From the NCBI RefSeq assembly GCF_000009705.1, contig NC_003273.1, positions 1 to 32,000 on the forward strand: a stretch of 32,000 nt of DNA, in the 5' to 3' direction. Position 1 is the first letter of the stretch. Each line of letters opens with the position of its first letter. Under the pieces are notes generated by a model. It worked only from the letters and a program-made list of their open reading frames with translations, made no database searches and was not told the DNA's origin. The stretch comes from Nostoc sp. PCC 7120 = FACHB-418 (lineage in GTDB: Bacteria; Cyanobacteriota; Cyanobacteriia; Cyanobacteriales; Nostocaceae). The position numbers and the translations under genes are program-made. Of this stretch, positions 29,518 through 32,000 are shown piece after piece.

Positions 29518-29708
29518 TCTGTCCGTTCTAACTCCTTTAAAAAGCCAGTTAATGCAAATGGACATTTACAACCTAGTTCTTTTTCAAGAGAATCAGCATT
29601 TAACTGGTATTCTTGACACAGAATATCAAATATATCTTCAGTAGTTAATTCTAGATTTTCATCCAGTTCCCAAAGTCATACTTCGACCCAGCTTGCTAAT
29701 TCATACAT
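29490..29708 (-). pseudogene. Small ORF (72 codons) interrupted by an in-frame TGA
   Basis: The minus strand reads MYELASWVEV, then TGA (29678..29676), then 61 more open codons (LWELDENLELTTEDIFDILCQEYQLNADSLEKELGCKCPFALTGFLKELERTEVDYYSPVE). The ATG lies 11 nt after the stop of ORF 29720..29992. Confidence 0.4.
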
Positions 29709-29719
29709 GAGTACACCTA

Positions 29720-29992
29720 CTACTGCTCAAACCAGTTCAAGTTAGGACTTGCTCCGTGTTTTCGTCGGTCAGCCTCAGCACAAGCTTTGCTATAAACTTC
29801 ATCCCAACCACGAAGAAAATCCTTTTCATAAGATGCTAAGTCTTTGTATGGTATATTACTTTCTCGCTCCACAGCCAATACTACCTCTTCAAAGGTTTGG
29901 AAGTATCCAGGCTCAATTGAAATTGCCTCGAAAAACCGCAACCAATTGTTTTTAAACTCGTGACGCAATAGCTGTAATGCTTCTGGGTTCAT
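29720..29992 (-). CDS. Hypothetical protein (90 aa)
   Basis: Clean ORF; no motif recognised. Confidence 0.4.
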   Translation of the reverse strand: MNPEALQLLRHEFKNNWLRFFEAISIEPGYFQTFEEVVLAVERESNIPYKDLASYEKDFLRGWDEVYSKACAEADRRKHGASPNLNWFEQ

Positions 29993-30060
29993 CCTCTTAC
30001 CTCGTTAACAATTACCAGATGAGCTTGAGCAGGCAAAAAATAGTAATGCGTTAGTTGATT

Positions 30061-30714
30061 TTAAATAACAGTCTTTTCTTGTTGCTGAGAAACTGAACTA
30101 AAAAACAGTTTTGGCAACAAAAGCCCAGAACGATTTTTGTAGTCATCAAACTCAGAGTAACGAGATAGAGATTTGTCCTTCTTCAACATATTTGGAATAA
30201 ATATTGTGCTGATAAAACCTCCGAGAATCAAAAATGGAAGCCAGTGTTGAGTCAGCATGGCGAAGGCAGTATAAATAAATATTTCCCCCAGATAATTGGT
30301 GTTGCGGCAACGAGCAAAGAACCCTTCTGTTATTAAGCCCTTCTGATACTTCAGGGTATAGTATTTCTGGGCATCGCTTACAAAGTGTAGAAACACACCA
30401 AAGATATTTAAAGAAATAGCTACTGCTACTAATGGTAGTGGTGGTACTGTGCCACTACTAATAAGAATAAAAGGTGCTATCCAGTATAGATTCACCACAA
30501 TAAAGATGAAAATCCCCTGTGGAACAGAAACTGGTTGCTCCCATTGTTTATCTGGGAATATGCGGTCTTTTAATAGCCACAGAAATCCATAAGTACCGTG
30601 AAGTGCTAAATACACCCAAGCTCCTATAGTGAAATTCTGGTAAACAAACATCAGGAGCAGTATGAAAAAGAAGGTTAGTCCTTTACTGAGATTGATGGCA
30701 TACTTGGTTTTCAT
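30061..30714 (-). CDS. Polytopic membrane protein of the ICMT / phospholipid-methyltransferase / DUF1295 type
   Basis: 217 aa with 5-6 hydrophobic helices. C-terminal FFARCRNTNYLGEIFIYTAFAML resembles the RHPxYxGE box of this superfamily. Confidence 0.6.
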   Translation of the reverse strand: MKTKYAINLSKGLTFFFILLLMFVYQNFTIGAWVYLALHGTYGFLWLLKDRIFPDKQWEQPVSVPQGIFIFIVVNLYWIAPFILISSGTVPPLPLVAVAISLNIFGVFLHFVSDAQKYYTLKYQKGLITEGFFARCRNTNYLGEIFIYTAFAMLTQHWLPFLILGGFISTIFIPNMLKKDKSLSRYSEFDDYKNRSGLLLPKLFFSSVSQQQEKTVI

Positions 30715-30729
30715 GATCTGAATAAAAAT

Positions 30730-30981
30730 ATGGCATTTGTATACCTATATGAGCATAGCAATTACGAAGGACGGTGGATGGAAATCCCGGCAGGTGGAGC
30801 AAGCTTTCAACCTATAAATCGACAAGAATTCGGAGTGAGTTCTATAAAAATTCCTTCAGGATTTGTAGTGGAACTGTCCAATTCTCAAGGAAGCGAATTA
30901 TATAAAGAAAGCACTCCCTATGTAGGAGATGCGATGAACGATCGTGTCGAAGGAATTGCAATTACCCAAATATATACTTAA
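30730..30981 (+). CDS. Single-domain beta/gamma-crystallin-like protein
   Basis: 83 aa. LYEHSNYEGRWMEI fits the Greek-key signature (Y/F)xxxx(Y/F)xG, and VSSIKIPSGFVVEL supplies the conserved Ser-containing strand. Confidence 0.55.
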   Translation: MAFVYLYEHSNYEGRWMEIPAGGASFQPINRQEFGVSSIKIPSGFVVELSNSQGSELYKESTPYVGDAMNDRVEGIAITQIYT

Positions 30982-31049
30982 CGCAGAGGTCTGTTAAGTA
31001 TACAGTAATTGTTTAAAAGTACTCACATTCCAAGCATCGGCTGATTTAT

Positions 31050-31232
31050 ATGGCTCCTAAATTTCGTCGCCGTGGAATTGCGCTATCACTTTTTGAAGAA
31101 GCCTTTGCATGGGGGCGCGTCAGGGGCTGTACAGAAGTTGATTTGAACGTCTTGCAAAATTCACCCGCAAAAGTGCTTTATGAAAGCTTGGGATTTGAAG
31201 TATTTGAGATTGAGATGCGGCGAAAATTGTAG
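31050..31232 (+). pseudogene. C-terminal remnant of a GNAT acetyltransferase
   Basis: FRRRGIALSLFEEAFAWGR is the acetyl-CoA-binding motif A (R/QxxGxG/A). VLYESLGFEV is the C-terminal motif. Only 60 codons are open, with an in-frame TAA at 31014, whereas GNAT domains are ~150 aa or more. Confidence 0.6.
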
Positions 31233-31257
31233 GTAATAAATACTTGCTTAAACTAGG

Positions 31258-31318
31258 CGTAGATATAGCGTAGCTGACACCAGGGGGAAGATAGTCTGGA
31301 AACTATGCTATATCTACG
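31258..31318. repeat. 12-bp inverted repeat (cgtagatatagc / gctatatctacg) with a 37-nt spacer; left arm is part of a 24-bp box also present inverted at 25289..25312
   Basis: Read directly. aggcgtagatatagcgtagctgac (31255..31278) is the reverse complement of atcagcgacgctatatctacgcct (25289..25312) at 22 of 24 positions. Confidence 0.8.
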
Positions 31319-31531
31319 TTATAGCTTTTTGAGATTGAACTAGAATTTCTGCATGAATACACTGATACTTTTTACTCAATAATTGCTTCTTGCCTACCAA
31401 AGAGTGAGCGTATTTCTTTAAAACCGATATTTCACCCACAGTCCACATTATCCTTTAAGTGACACAAAGCACAACTCTGATAAAATCAGGATTTGACTTA
31501 AATATCAAAAAACCTACTTTGAATAATTAAA

Positions 31532-32000
31532 ATGAGCAAGCTGCCAACTCTTTCTCAAACTGTCAATACTGTTGTCACCAGTATGACAGCATTTATTGTT
31601 TTAGCTACAGTTACTACAACACCTGCTGTTGCTGCTTTATTCAACTTCAAATTTGATGGCACATTAACTGGTTCTGACCCATTTGGCACTGCGGCAACAG
31701 TTTTCGGACTCAAGGGTAGTTTTGTTATAGATGCTGACGTTGCTAACTCATCTACTACTCCAATTGCCGGCAGATATAATGGAGCTATTAAAGATTTAAA
31801 GCTCACATTCGCTAGTACACCTACTCGTAATGCAGTAACGTTGAGTACAGCGAATTTTACAAGCGGAACTAATCGTAATCAAATATTTGTAGGCCCAAGG
31901 GGGACAAGAGAAGAGTTGCAATTTTTAGTTGGCAATGTTGGCTCTGCGCCTCCTTTTTTCTTACCTGACTCTTTTGGAATCATCTTTACTAACACTGACT
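31532..32000 (+). CDS. Secreted protein, 5-prime partial (runs off the right window edge)
   Basis: From the ATG at 31532 the frame stays open to the window end (156 codons). It is absent from the ORF track because it has no stop. The signal-like MTAFIVLATVTTTPAVAA is followed by a Thr/Gly/Asn-rich sequence (FNFKFDGTLTGSDPFG...). Confidence 0.55.
   Translation, partial: MSKLPTLSQTVNTVVTSMTAFIVLATVTTTPAVAALFNFKFDGTLTGSDPFGTAATVFGLKGSFVIDADVANSSTTPIAGRYNGAIKDLKLTFASTPTRNAVTLSTANFTSGTNRNQIFVGPRGTREELQFLVGNVGSAPPFFLPDSFGIIFTNTD

Noticed and set aside
31555-31806. ORF 31555..31806 (-), 83 aa
   Set aside because: It is antisense to a longer plus-strand frame (31532 to the window end) that has a convincing signal peptide. 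The plus-strand frame is missing from the track only because it has no stop inside the window.

Overview
This window looks like part of a plasmid or similar accessory replicon from a filamentous (Nostocales-type) cyanobacterium. Support: about ten HIP1 palindromes (GCGATCGC), a plasmid-borne nblA, and low GC by eye. Left to right it contains the following. (1) The 3-prime part of a decayed IS copy, a VOC/glyoxalase gene and nblA. (2) An actin-like (ParM-type) ATPase with an RHH adaptor, next to a phased TGGCAC repeat array. (3) A MobV relaxase-primase fusion whose last 29 codons were cut off by an intact IS (26-bp terminal inverted repeats, TCTTAT target duplication). (4) An alpha/beta hydrolase, a small secreted Cys-rich peptide and a SAM methyltransferase. 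(5) An 836-aa zinc-ribbon/Toprim/VapE-like primase-helicase whose 3-prime part occurs three times in the window and is full of GGTGGAAC motifs. (6) A second actin-like ATPase heading a translationally coupled nine-gene operon. The operon ends in a membrane-anchored P-loop ATPase, followed directly by a dense (A/G)GACAC(C) repeat array. (7) Three response regulators with no histidine kinase in the window, one with Asn at the phospho-acceptor position. (8) HEAT-repeat, HNH, ICMT/DUF1295-like and beta/gamma-crystallin-like genes, plus gene remnants. I saw no rRNA, tRNA or CRISPR array. The points most worth follow-up are the 17.6-23.3 kb operon with its repeat array, the GGTGGAAC motif system around the replication gene, four copies of a short promoter-like-box-plus-terminator cassette, and several iteron-like arrays. 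All family assignments rest on motifs recognised by eye; no searches were run.
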